DNA of 64,000 nt, from sequence record MH791411.1; one strand, given 5' to 3'. Origin of the DNA: Escherichia phage Ecwhy_1. Position numbers and translations under genes: made by a program. The notes below the pieces were generated by a model. The model worked only from the letters and a program-made list of their open reading frames with translations. It had not been told where the DNA came from and did no database searches. This document shows positions 49,878 through 58,659 of the stretch, one piece after another. Position 1 is the stretch's first letter, and the number at the start of each line of letters is the position of its first letter.

Positions 49878-50654
49878 TTATAATCCAATGCTACCGAAAA
49901 CACGGTCAATGATATCTAATCCTTGGTTTACGTTTTCAGGTAAAAGTGAATTTATTCTAGTACTGTACATTTCTTCGATATTATCGAATTGGATACAATT
50001 ATCAGGTTTTATTGTAATAACCATTTCAACAGGAGAACTTGAACTATAGTCAAGTGAATCATATGATATATTTTGTATAACACATCCTGTTAGTACAAAG
50101 TACTCCATAACGCCAGCACTATTGTATGATGAACCACCAATGAACTGATCAACAGCGTTGACTAATCCAGTATTGTTGGTAGCGGCAGTTGTTGCATTAA
50201 CTAATGTGTTTCTTCCCAAGTCTTCTAGTGTATCATCAGAGTTGCGACCATTCAACATCTGAATGACAATTCCGAACTTATATGAACCATAATCATGGTC
50301 AGTTCTGGAAGTAATTCTTCGTTGAAAATCTAATTGTTTCTGTAATTGTCTTGACAAGGCTTTTGCTGATGCATTACCAACTGAATCACGGATAGTTAAA
50401 GTAATTGGGTCCCAATCGTGACTACCAATGTAAGATGTATTTGTTGTAAATTGATATAGTTTATGAGTACTGAAAGTAACAGTAGGTCTATCAACTTTAT
50501 CAACATCTAATGCAATGTGATCACGCTCATCTATATCAGTACCGAAATTATATACAATAACACGAAATTTGTATTTTGCTTTCGGTTGTAACATTGAACG
50601 GTTACGTCCTGATGGTAGAGGAACGCCATATTTATTAATCATGTTATTTGCCAT
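49878..50654 (-). CDS. Tail tube-like protein, paralog 2
   Basis: N-terminus MANNMINKYGVPLPSGRNRSMLQPKAKYKFRVIVYNFG is clearly paralogous to the 228-aa gene (MATMLDRYGVPLAGGGRISMKQPKAKYKFRVVFFGFG). Located downstream of the sheath gene. Confidence 0.5.
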   Translation of the reverse strand: MANNMINKYGVPLPSGRNRSMLQPKAKYKFRVIVYNFGTDIDERDHIALDVDKVDRPTVTFSTHKLYQFTTNTSYIGSHDWDPITLTIRDSVGNASAKALSRQLQKQLDFQRRITSRTDHDYGSYKFGIVIQMLNGRNSDDTLEDLGRNTLVNATTAATNNTGLVNAVDQFIGGSSYNSAGVMEYFVLTGCVIQNISYDSLDYSSSSPVEMVITIKPDNCIQFDNIEEMYSTRINSLLPENVNQGLDIIDRVFGSIGL

Positions 50655-50703
50655 AGCAACCTCTTTTATTTTATAAGGTATTATACTTTATTTAGCATAA
50701 AAA

Positions 50704-50732
50704 AAGCCCCGAACTAGTTCGAGGCTTACGTT
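50704..50732 (-). terminator. Rho-independent terminator (minus strand)
   Basis: aagcctcgaac-tagttcggggctt palindrome followed on the minus strand by TTTTTTT, between the two tube-like genes. Confidence 0.65.
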
Positions 50733-50743
50733 TAAAAGAAAAA

Positions 50744-51430
50744 TTAATTTTCGTAGAAGTTACTATCTGGTAGAGTAGTACTACTAATGTTGGTTTGTGC
50801 ACCACTAATAGAGGTAGCAGTGGATGGGTTACCGAAACCAGTAATTTCATCACCGAACGCTTCACCATTAGGACCGAGTTTTGCACAGCCGTCTGGTTGA
50901 ATTGTCATAGAAATAACTTGTGCTTCACTTGAGGAATAATCCCAGTCACCAAAGTTACTAGATTCGATAAAGCAGCCTTGACATACCCAAGTACTCAAAG
51001 TACCTTCAAAAAGGTTAGAAGTGTTTTCACTATTGGAGCCATCTAGCTCTTGAATCCACATTTCAAATTTGAACTGGGAATCAGTCATACGAGATTCTTG
51101 ACTGTAATAGTTAAATTCTTTACGCATTTGGTTATAAAGAGCTTTAGCAGAAGCATTACCAACTGAATCACGGAAAGCCACATCAATAGTATCCCAAGTA
51201 TACTTACCTTTATAGTGAGCAGAACTGTTATAACTATGCACAGTGACGTTTTCATGTGATACAGATACAGCACCAACGGTGTTGGTATCTAGGGTAATCA
51301 TATTGCCATCGTCGTTAGCACCGAAGCCAAAGAAAACAACACGGAATTTATATTTTGCTTTAGGTTGTTTCATAGAGATACGACCACCGCCAGCGAGCGG
51401 AACGCCATATCGATCAAGCATTGTAGCCAT
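50744..51430 (-). CDS. Tail tube-like protein, paralog 1
   Basis: Paralog of the 258-aa protein. First structural gene after the sheath, with its own upstream AT-rich promoter-like element (gataaataatataaag) and RBS caggagaatataaATG. Confidence 0.5.
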   Translation of the reverse strand: MATMLDRYGVPLAGGGRISMKQPKAKYKFRVVFFGFGANDDGNMITLDTNTVGAVSVSHENVTVHSYNSSAHYKGKYTWDTIDVAFRDSVGNASAKALYNQMRKEFNYYSQESRMTDSQFKFEMWIQELDGSNSENTSNLFEGTLSTWVCQGCFIESSNFGDWDYSSSEAQVISMTIQPDGCAKLGPNGEAFGDEITGFGNPSTATSISGAQTNISSTTLPDSNFYEN

Positions 51431-51587
51431 TTATATTCTCCTGTTATGGAATGACATCTTTATATTATTTATCTATTACTTACACTTTTATTGAAGTATC
51501 TCATCAACAGGAAACCAATCTATATTCACACAATACAAGTACTTTTTTTCTTGTTTATGATCTGTATAGTTTACACCAACCGACCAT

Positions 51588-51734
51588 TTACCATTTGTGT
51601 AAACATTGTATTCTCGAATTATACCGACAATGTTCCAAATTTTGTATAAAAGCTTTAAGGATTTTTACGGCATCGTCCTGTGTTGCTACAGTTTTACTTA
51701 CATCTTGTAATGTTTTTTTAAGTATTTCTTCCAT
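51588..51734 (-). CDS. Small ORF (48 aa) between the sheath and tube genes
   Basis: Not in the ORF track (below its length cutoff). ATG preceded by AGGAAtaat; translation MEEILKKTLQDVSKTVATQDDAVKILKAFIQNLEHCRYNSRIQCLHKW. Confidence 0.3.
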   Translation of the reverse strand: MEEILKKTLQDVSKTVATQDDAVKILKAFIQNLEHCRYNSRIQCLHKW

Positions 51735-51788
51735 ATTATTCCTGATCGTTGAATTAATAACATAACGTATTTAATTTTAAACAATAAA

Positions 51789-51812
51789 AAAGGGAACCAA
51801 AAGGTTCCCTTA
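51789..51812 (-). terminator. Rho-independent terminator (minus strand) after the sheath gene
   Basis: gggaacc-aaaa-ggttccc hairpin flanked by AAAAAA (+), which gives a T-run on the minus strand. Confidence 0.75.
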
Positions 51813-51817
51813 GTGTT

Positions 51818-54481
51818 TTATTGAGTCTTTTCAATACGAATAGGTACGTAAATGAAGTTGATAGACTTAGTAGGTTGGATTGCAATATCCATCCAAAGTT
51901 CGTTACGGTCAATACGTTCAGAAGTGTTGTTACTTTCGTCACAAACTACTGCGAAGTTATATAGACCTTGTTGTTGAACGATTTCAGCTAGGAAGCTATT
52001 CACTACACCACTGAATTCCTGACGAGTACTTGGAGTATTCAAACGGAATAGGAATGGTTCAGAGATGATTTCTAGTTGACGACGAATGTAAACAACCAAA
52101 CGAGCAACGTTAACACGGCTTAGTGCAGAGGTTTGGTTAGCAGATAGTGTTTTATCACCATATACTAGCAAGCCACGGTTAGGACGCATTGCAATTGGGT
52201 TAATGTTGTTGGTATACATCACGTCACGTTGACCTTGGTTGTATACTACTGGTTGATATTCACCTTCACTGTTAATGAAACCAGTACTTGCAGCGTTGGT
52301 TACAACACCACGAGTAGTACCAGCAGGTGGATACCACACATAACTAACACTATCACTGTACGCATAGGTACGCATTGCAACAGTACTGCCTGGAACTGCA
52401 ACTTCTTCACCATCAACGTTAGTACTTAAACACCAGCCCATGTACTGAGCAGCATAATCATATGCAGAAGTACGGCCTACTGAACCATTACTTGGTGCGT
52501 TGTTTGCGTTGGTAGCCCATTCTTGAACTGCACTACCGTTTCCGGTTGGGTTCAAACGAGCAGGTACATCAGTTACGATAAACGCTGTTTCTTTACGATC
52601 AGTGTTTAGGGTAATACATTCATCTAGAGTTTCTACATAACCAGGAACACAGATTAGGTTAAAGTTGATGAATTCAGAACGGATATCATCATTACCGATG
52701 ATTACAGCAGCTAGTGCTTCAACGATTAGTTTGCGTTGTGCTGCACGACCGAATAGACCTGCACCATCAAGACTAACACCACTAACAACTTGCCATTGAC
52801 CATTAACCATTTTCTTAACAACACCTTCGGTATTACCGAGGTCAATTGCAAGCATACCATTCTGATAAAGAGCAGCAGAAGCAACTTGTTCAGGGAAGTT
52901 AAAGTCAGCGAAAATCATACCGTTTAGAGTACTTTGGTCAGTATTGTCTAGTTTAACCCACTCACCATCAACGTTACGATAGAAATCATAACCATCAATT
53001 CCTTGAGATAGAGGGCGTACCCAAATTAGACGGTCTGCCGAAGGTTCATCAACTTGAACATATTTGTTATCTTCTTGTACTAGATCCCATTCGTCATTTG
53101 CAACATCTGCAATGTACATGGTAACAGTTAGGTTATCGGAATTACCGAAATCATACCAAATAGTACCGTCTTTAGCAATACTACGTGGAACAGAAGAGCT
53201 AACACGTAAGTTATTAACGTTAACTAGAGAATAGTTGTTACTATCTACAGTTAGTTTAGCTAGTTCATTCGCTGCAAAAATATCATCACCGCTTTGGGTA
53301 ACTTTAAAGCTATAACCTTTGGTGTTTGTAACTACCAAACCGCCATTAGATTCACGTTTGAATTTGAATCCATCATTGATAAGATCAGCACTAACATTTA
53401 GATTATCGATGATAGTTTGAGTATTAATTACGCCACCTTGTGGTACTGCAAGTACTTTAACAGATTTGTTTAGGTAAGCGAAAGTCAAATAACTATTTTC
53501 ACCAGCTTGCTCAATAACAGTTTCACCTAGTGGTACTGCTGGAGCACTAATTGCTGATAGTTTTGCACTTTGAATATAGAAAGAGAAACTCTTACTATCG
53601 TCATCAAAACGGCAAGCAATATAACTGTTGTTTAGTACACCACTCTTAGCTTCAACTTCTTGGAAAGAATTACCAGTATATGCTGGAACGATATTCCAAA
53701 CTTGAGTTAGAGATGCATAACGTTTTAGAACAAAGCGAGTGCCAAAATAGTTTGAACCATTTTGAGTATAACCATCACGAATCCATACGTTACCTTGTTC
53801 AACAGTTGAACCAACTGGAACTTTGTTGATTGGTGATAGATAAGTTTCAACCTGTACTAGACCAGATGCTGCACGTTTGTACATAAGCATTTGACCATTA
53901 CTTGGCTTATAACGTAGAACTAGATCATCAACGTTTAGACCAACTAGGCTAACATCGTCAACTTCTTCAGAACTTACGATGGTAACAGGCTTCAATTGCC
54001 AGTCATAGAAGCTGCTTGGGCTGTCTTTCTTAGCAACATAAGCTTCAATTTGTGATTGAGCAGCATCAAACCATAGAGTACCATTTGGTACTGGACCAGT
54101 TGGTGCAGTTGCACTTGGTGATAGTTGAGCTAAATCGATATCAGCACGAATAACATATGCACGGTTGGTGATGCCTAGATAAGAATACACAGCATGTAGA
54201 CCATATTCGTTTAGTTCGTCACCTTGAACAACTGAACCATTGTTCATTTGGAAAATTGGTGAGCCAAATGTATCTAGTGAGCTTTTCTGTGATGTTAGTA
54301 GCTGTAGTTTACCAGCGTTTGCTTTAGTGGTTCCCGCAGCGATTGCACTGCTACCAGGAACAAGTTTGTCTTCAGCAGTAGCGATTACAAATAGTGGTAC
54401 TGTGCCAGGAGCAGCAGCAGTACTCATACTTTCATCAGTTACTGAAATGGAAACGCCAGGTGAGAGTAGATCTCCTGCCAT
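51818..54481 (-). CDS. Contractile tail sheath protein (887 aa)
   Basis: N-terminus MAGDLLSPGVSISVTDES matches the conserved sheath N-terminal signature (T4 gp18 MTLLSPGIELKE…). Size and position next to tube-like genes fit. RBS tttggaggatttaatATG. Confidence 0.65.
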   Translation of the reverse strand: MAGDLLSPGVSISVTDESMSTAAAPGTVPLFVIATAEDKLVPGSSAIAAGTTKANAGKLQLLTSQKSSLDTFGSPIFQMNNGSVVQGDELNEYGLHAVYSYLGITNRAYVIRADIDLAQLSPSATAPTGPVPNGTLWFDAAQSQIEAYVAKKDSPSSFYDWQLKPVTIVSSEEVDDVSLVGLNVDDLVLRYKPSNGQMLMYKRAASGLVQVETYLSPINKVPVGSTVEQGNVWIRDGYTQNGSNYFGTRFVLKRYASLTQVWNIVPAYTGNSFQEVEAKSGVLNNSYIACRFDDDSKSFSFYIQSAKLSAISAPAVPLGETVIEQAGENSYLTFAYLNKSVKVLAVPQGGVINTQTIIDNLNVSADLINDGFKFKRESNGGLVVTNTKGYSFKVTQSGDDIFAANELAKLTVDSNNYSLVNVNNLRVSSSVPRSIAKDGTIWYDFGNSDNLTVTMYIADVANDEWDLVQEDNKYVQVDEPSADRLIWVRPLSQGIDGYDFYRNVDGEWVKLDNTDQSTLNGMIFADFNFPEQVASAALYQNGMLAIDLGNTEGVVKKMVNGQWQVVSGVSLDGAGLFGRAAQRKLIVEALAAVIIGNDDIRSEFINFNLICVPGYVETLDECITLNTDRKETAFIVTDVPARLNPTGNGSAVQEWATNANNAPSNGSVGRTSAYDYAAQYMGWCLSTNVDGEEVAVPGSTVAMRTYAYSDSVSYVWYPPAGTTRGVVTNAASTGFINSEGEYQPVVYNQGQRDVMYTNNINPIAMRPNRGLLVYGDKTLSANQTSALSRVNVARLVVYIRRQLEIISEPFLFRLNTPSTRQEFSGVVNSFLAEIVQQQGLYNFAVVCDESNNTSERIDRNELWMDIAIQPTKSINFIYVPIRIEKTQ

Positions 54482-54575
54482 ATTAAATCCTCCAAAAATA
54501 ATTGGTTATTCGAATTATATTCGTATAGTCTTATTTATTGAAGGATTTGAATGTCAAGTCCTAATTGTTTTAATT

Positions 54576-55202
54576 TCACTTATTGGCATAAATAACGCTC
54601 AATGCTTGTTGGTGCAACGCTTCAATTGTGCTATTATTTTGTACAATGATATCAGGATTATTGATACCAATCCACGCCCATTCAGATTCATGAACTGATT
54701 CTAACTCAATTGGTTTCATGCTAATATCACCTTTATTAAAAGATGCTGCTAAACCATACCAGTGTGGGAGGGTACGCTGAACTTCAATCACAATACCATT
54801 TAATGAACGAATCATTTTTAGTTCATTTGGAAATCGGCAGTCAGTAATGATAATATTCCCTTCAACAGATTGCATTGACTTCTCTAAGCTATGGACCCAA
54901 ATATCATTATGAAAGTACTTACGCAAAATATTAGTACCGTAATTCTGTAATACCCAACGAGGGGAAACATCATCACGCCCCAACTTCTCACACCAGTACT
55001 GGTCTGGCTCTTCACGGAGTTTACGACTTTCCTTAGTCGAACCCTCAAGCATTTCACGATCCCATCCAAAGATAGCAGCAACTGAATCTTTAAGATTAGT
55101 TGCAAATGACATTCTTGTGTAACCATTATTGATAAAAGTTTCACCAAAAGTATCTTTGCCACTACCGATAGTACCGTTAATTGCAATTATTTGTCTTTCC
55201 AT
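54576..55202 (-). CDS. Deoxynucleoside monophosphate kinase (T4 gene 1-like)
   Basis: P-loop AINGTIGSGKDTFGE (T4 gp1 has FLSGVKRSGKDTTAD). ITDCRFPNE block resembles T4 VPDTRQDHE. Confidence 0.6.
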   Translation of the reverse strand: MERQIIAINGTIGSGKDTFGETFINNGYTRMSFATNLKDSVAAIFGWDREMLEGSTKESRKLREEPDQYWCEKLGRDDVSPRWVLQNYGTNILRKYFHNDIWVHSLEKSMQSVEGNIIITDCRFPNELKMIRSLNGIVIEVQRTLPHWYGLAASFNKGDISMKPIELESVHESEWAWIGINNPDIIVQNNSTIEALHQQALSVIYANK

Positions 55203-55220
55203 AATACTTCTCCATGTATA

Positions 55221-55499
55221 TTATATAAGTACTACTAAATCCTTTCCTACTAAACATTCAAGTAATCCAACTATAAACTCACTCCCATAATATATAGTAA
55301 CATAAGTGATGTAGAATGTTTCTCCATTATCATCACGACATATACTCGCCCACGCGTTTATTCGATCTCTACCGAAAACATCTACGATTGATTCTTTTAT
55401 AAATTTCCAGTTCTTTTCGGTTGATTCATAATCCAATGTAGGTGCTCCACAAGTATATTTGTTATACATTGCATACACTGCATCTATGTTGTTATTCAT
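55221..55499 (-). CDS. Hypothetical protein (92 aa)
   Basis: ORF directly downstream of a TGTGATATAAT element; RBS aaaggaacctgacATG. Confidence 0.5.
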   Translation of the reverse strand: MNNNIDAVYAMYNKYTCGAPTLDYESTEKNWKFIKESIVDVFGRDRINAWASICRDDNGETFYITYVTIYYGSEFIVGLLECLVGKDLVVLI

Positions 55500-55525
55500 G
55501 TCAGGTTCCTTTAGATTAATATTAT

Positions 55526-55537
55526 CATTATATCACA
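55526..55537 (-). promoter_or_regulatory. Extended -10 promoter element TGtGATATAAT (third exact copy of the cattatatcaca 12-mer)
   Basis: Exact 12-mer cattatatcaca on the + strand. No TTGACA at -35 because the terminator hairpin sits there. 28 nt upstream of the 92-aa gene ATG. Confidence 0.45.
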
Positions 55538-55540
55538 ACA

Positions 55541-55570
55541 TATAAAAAAAGACCCCATATAGGAGTCTTT
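55541..55570. terminator. Bidirectional terminator
   Basis: AAAAAAA-gacccc-atat-aggagtc-TTTTTTTT (imperfect stem) after the 263-aa gene. Confidence 0.55.
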
Positions 55571-55578
55571 TTTTTGTT

Positions 55579-56370
55579 TTATCCGATAATCATTCCAAGT
55601 GGGTCACCACCATCTTTGTATCTCTTCAACTGTTCTTTAAGCTGTTCTTGAAGTTGTGCACCTTCATTACGTAATGTATCACCATCCATAGAGAATGTAC
55701 CCTGTGGTCCAGGCAATGTAGCAAATTTAGCACGGTTGCGACCCAACATAATCATAGCTTCAGACAATGCCCAGTCACGTAGCCAAGGATAGCTTTGTTG
55801 ACGTTGGAATAGCAATGGTTCAGGTATATTATGATATACATGTAATAGCACTTCTTCAGTACCGCGAATATCACGATCAATTATTAGTTTTTTGGTCATT
55901 GGGTTGAACTGGAAGATGATTTCTCTACCAAACATACGCCCAACTAATTCTTGGAATTGAAAACTAAAATCATAAGTAGTTAAGTCATAACCACCAGCGT
56001 TACGTGCAGACGTTAAAAGGTAAGTGTTGGTAAATGCGAGTGAAAAAGGGTCTACTGAGTTACCACTACCAGAACTTAGATAACCGTTACCATAACGATA
56101 AATCTGTTTGACAATTTCAACTTCAGTAGGAAGCATGTATACAGATTGTGAATCATAGAATTTCATGTTCAAGAATGCTTCTTCTTTTGAAGCAGAACTC
56201 CATGCTCGGTAGTTTGATACCGCATTATCAATTGCAATTTCCAATTGACCATCAGTAATTTCAACTTCAACTGCACCAGCACCTAACATTTGAGTGATAA
56301 CATCTTTCAGTTTTTCACGATGATCAAAGTTTGGAGCATCTGGGTTTCCACCCATATAATCGTAAGACAT
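55579..56370 (-). CDS. Hypothetical protein (263 aa), possibly virion or neck associated
   Basis: Likely start is the ATG at 56370 (aatGAGGTGcttttttATG); the ORF-track start is 5 codons upstream, inside the SD. Confidence 0.5.
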   Translation of the reverse strand: MSYDYMGGNPDAPNFDHREKLKDVITQMLGAGAVEVEITDGQLEIAIDNAVSNYRAWSSASKEEAFLNMKFYDSQSVYMLPTEVEIVKQIYRYGNGYLSSGSGNSVDPFSLAFTNTYLLTSARNAGGYDLTTYDFSFQFQELVGRMFGREIIFQFNPMTKKLIIDRDIRGTEEVLLHVYHNIPEPLLFQRQQSYPWLRDWALSEAMIMLGRNRAKFATLPGPQGTFSMDGDTLRNEGAQLQEQLKEQLKRYKDGGDPLGMIIG

Positions 56371-56420
56371 AAAAAAGCACCTCATTAATGTTTATATACA
56401 TTATTTAGAGGTGCTAATAG

Positions 56421-56639
56421 TTATTTGGAATTATACAAGCAATACAAGTATACCATAGGAGCAAAATGTTCGGTATCAACTAAGTATATTAACTGGGTGT
56501 CATATATACCGTACAAATCTCGAAATTTATCTCTGTACAGCAACAATGACTTATTGTTGTGTGGGTCAACCCAGTACTTTAAGTCATTGTAGTGCAACGT
56601 GTTATTACGGTAACCTGATAATATTTGTTTTTTAGCCAA
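56421..56639 (-). CDS. Hypothetical protein (72 aa)
   Basis: ORF whose start overlaps the stop of the 125-aa gene by 8 nt. Confidence 0.4.
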   Translation of the reverse strand: MAKKQILSGYRNNTLHYNDLKYWVDPHNNKSLLLYRDKFRDLYGIYDTQLIYLVDTEHFAPMVYLYCLYNSK

Positions 56640-57009
56640 CTTTTTTACAATTACTTAGTAAATGCATGATGGCATCAGCGGTAAATGGTCCCAGTACTAA
56701 AACTTCTTCTCCATTACCGAAGATACTCAATGGTACAGATTGTTGTCCTGCTAGATATTCGATTTGTTCTAATTCGAAAATGTCATCAGCAGCATAAACA
56801 ACCTGTTCCATTTCATTATCTTTAATCCATGACTGCCAATGTTCTTTAAACTGCTTCGCTTCGTATTCCAGTACATAGTTAGGTGATTCTGGATTGTACT
56901 GATGTAGCATTGTCATACCAGCCATAACCAGTTCTTTTGGTGATGGAGTAGAATCTTTCAGTACTACGATAGCTTGGATAGTTTTAACTTTAACGTTTTG
57001 AGCAGCCAT
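56632..57009 (-). CDS. Hypothetical protein (125 aa); weak resemblance to Pth2-type peptidyl-tRNA hydrolase
   Basis: Segments KTIQAIVVLKDS… and …EEVLVLGPFTADAIMHLLSNCK resemble the start and the C-terminal …IGLGP…KITGKYKLL of Pth2 proteins. Judged by eye only. Confidence 0.3.
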   Translation of the reverse strand: MAAQNVKVKTIQAIVVLKDSTPSPKELVMAGMTMLHQYNPESPNYVLEYEAKQFKEHWQSWIKDNEMEQVVYAADDIFELEQIEYLAGQQSVPLSIFGNGEEVLVLGPFTADAIMHLLSNCKKVG

Positions 57010-57021
57010 TAGATACCTCTA

Positions 57022-57339
57022 TTATAGAATGATTTTGTTATCAGGAACAATCAGTGCTGGTTTTTCTTCGATAGCCTTGATTGCTTCAACATAAGCTTCA
57101 ACTAGTGCAGGGTTTGCATCGCTGATGCTAATGATGTTGGATTTATAAAAAATAACGCCTTTTTCAGAACTAATGAATTCTAGATAATCACGTAGAATGA
57201 TTTCACCTTGTTCGTCAGTACCTAGCTGTGCTGGGTAGTTAACTACTACTGCTTCTGGTGCATCATTTTGTAGAATTGCTAGTACTGGGCCAACGCTGTT
57301 GATGTTTAGTAGTTTAACGGTCATAGTCATTTTTGTCAA
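57022..57339 (-). CDS. Hypothetical protein (105 aa)
   Basis: ORF 12 nt upstream of the 125-aa gene. Confidence 0.45.
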   Translation of the reverse strand: MTKMTMTVKLLNINSVGPVLAILQNDAPEAVVVNYPAQLGTDEQGEIILRDYLEFISSEKGVIFYKSNIISISDANPALVEAYVEAIKAIEEKPALIVPDNKIIL

Positions 57340-57349
57340 GTCCTTTTGT

Positions 57350-57829
57350 TTATTTTAGAATGTATAAGTGTTTTTCTGCATTAACCAGTCTGTGGTCAAT
57401 GATTTCTTTGATAACGTTCCAGTTACCACCGCCTAAATCGGCTCCAATTTTCGGGAAGTGTACATGGATCTCTTGTGGTTCATTTTTAATGAATTCATTC
57501 ATCGAGTTAAATGCAAGGTCAATCGCATCATAACTTACATACTTCTTACCATCATTACCATAATACTCTTGTGTAATGCAGTTTGCAATAATTAAGTTAT
57601 TATTTGGTGCTGCATAGACAACTTCACCCAATTTCAAACCATTCTGATTGGTATAACGTGTATGATACACATCATATGCCAATTGGTGACGCTTTCTTAA
57701 TTCTTTTGCAAAACCAGAACCCATCTTACCCTGAGCGTTACAACCATGAGCGATAATATGTAATGCAGTTTGATCAGTAGTAACAGTACTGAATAAATCA
57801 AACAGATTACCACAATGTTCATGTATCAT
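57350..57829 (-). CDS. Macro-domain protein (ADP-ribose binding or processing)
   Basis: HIIAHGCNAQGKMGSGFAKEL matches the macro-domain core (…H.CN…G.MG.GIA…); about 160 aa is typical of a stand-alone macro domain. Confidence 0.6.
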   Translation of the reverse strand: MIHEHCGNLFDLFSTVTTDQTALHIIAHGCNAQGKMGSGFAKELRKRHQLAYDVYHTRYTNQNGLKLGEVVYAAPNNNLIIANCITQEYYGNDGKKYVSYDAIDLAFNSMNEFIKNEPQEIHVHFPKIGADLGGGNWNVIKEIIDHRLVNAEKHLYILK

Positions 57830-57848
57830 TATATTCTCCGAAAAGAAA

Positions 57849-57870
57849 GGACTCTGTAATCAGAGTCCTT
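57849..57870 (-). terminator. Rho-independent terminator (minus strand)
   Basis: aggactctg-taat-cagagtcct, 9-bp stem. The minus-strand T-rich run comes from + gaaaagaaag. Confidence 0.65.
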
Positions 57871-57880
57871 AATTTATATT

Positions 57881-58138
57881 TTATTCTTCTTCACCGAATC
57901 GAATTTTTTTCAATTCTTTTCGTTGTTTGCGAGCAATGGTACTTTTGTGAAGTCTATTACCACGTTTTGTGTCTTTCGTAATGTACCATGAATCTTCTGG
58001 TGCATTATAATCACAATAACCATCTTCTGTAATCGTCCCTAAGAAAGCAGACTTTTTAGGAATGGATGTTTGAGCTTTAGCAGCGAATTGGCCTTTTGCT
58101 AATTGTTCACGAAAACTGAGCATAATAGTATCTCCCAA
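57881..58138 (-). CDS. Hypothetical basic protein (85 aa)
   Basis: Lys/Arg-rich C-terminus. Confidence 0.45.
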   Translation of the reverse strand: MGDTIMLSFREQLAKGQFAAKAQTSIPKKSAFLGTITEDGYCDYNAPEDSWYITKDTKRGNRLHKSTIARKQRKELKKIRFGEEE

Positions 58139-58168
58139 ATTGTTACGAAGAACTTGTGTTCTTCATTA

Positions 58169-58411
58169 TTATTTAGGGTTGCTCGAAACCTCTACTGAAG
58201 CGATGAATGCCAAAATATCATCTTTACTGAAAGCTTCAATAATATAAGCAACCGCTTTATCGTACTGTTCTTTCTTAGTAGTGTATTCTTTCATTTTGTG
58301 AATTTTACGTTGTGCTTTAACTTTTGCAGCTTCCATATCAGGCATTTTAAATTCAACACCCAATGTGTCAGCTAAATGTTTTGCACGAGATGATACTTTA
58401 TCAATATTCAT
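58169..58411 (-). CDS. Hypothetical protein (80 aa)
   Basis: ORF whose stop overlaps the glutaredoxin gene start by 1 nt. Confidence 0.45.
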   Translation of the reverse strand: MNIDKVSSRAKHLADTLGVEFKMPDMEAAKVKAQRKIHKMKEYTTKKEQYDKAVAYIIEAFSKDDILAFIASVEVSSNPK

Positions 58412-58659
58412 TAATTCCAGCGACCTTCTTTAAGACCTTCAACGAAACCAGTACAGCCACCTGGAACGTAAACATCGTTTACGAAAATTTGTGGAACCTG
58501 TCGTACTGGCTCACCACATAGTTCAGATAGTTTAGCACCATCAATACCAGCGGTAACAATATCGATAAACTCCATATCAAATTTGTTATTTTCACATACT
58601 GCTTTAGCAGTGTCGCAGAATTTACAACCAGTAGTGCGACCATAAATTTTAACTTTCAT
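58411..58659 (-). CDS. nrdC: Glutaredoxin/NrdH-like thioredoxin-fold protein (T4 NrdC-like)
   Basis: MKVKIYGRTTGCKFCDTAK has the CxxC active site inside the beta-alpha-beta start of a thioredoxin fold. Overall size and layout resemble T4 NrdC (KVYGYDSNIHKCVYCDNAK). Confidence 0.7.
   Translation of the reverse strand: MKVKIYGRTTGCKFCDTAKAVCENNKFDMEFIDIVTAGIDGAKLSELCGEPVRQVPQIFVNDVYVPGGCTGFVEGLKEGRWN

Noticed and set aside
51451-51765. A 104-aa + strand ORF and a 62-aa - strand ORF (51754-51942) in the sheath-tube gap.
   Set aside because: No RBS. The + ORF runs antisense through a region where a compact minus-strand 48-aa ORF with a proper SD exists. The 62-aa ORF overlaps the sheath 3' end and terminator.
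54495-54520. ggttattcgaattatattcg, superficially like a tRNA T-arm (GGTTCGAAT).
   Set aside because: No flanking acceptor or anticodon stem complementarity. It lies in the sheath 5'UTR and promoter region. I found no convincing tRNA cloverleaf anywhere in the window.
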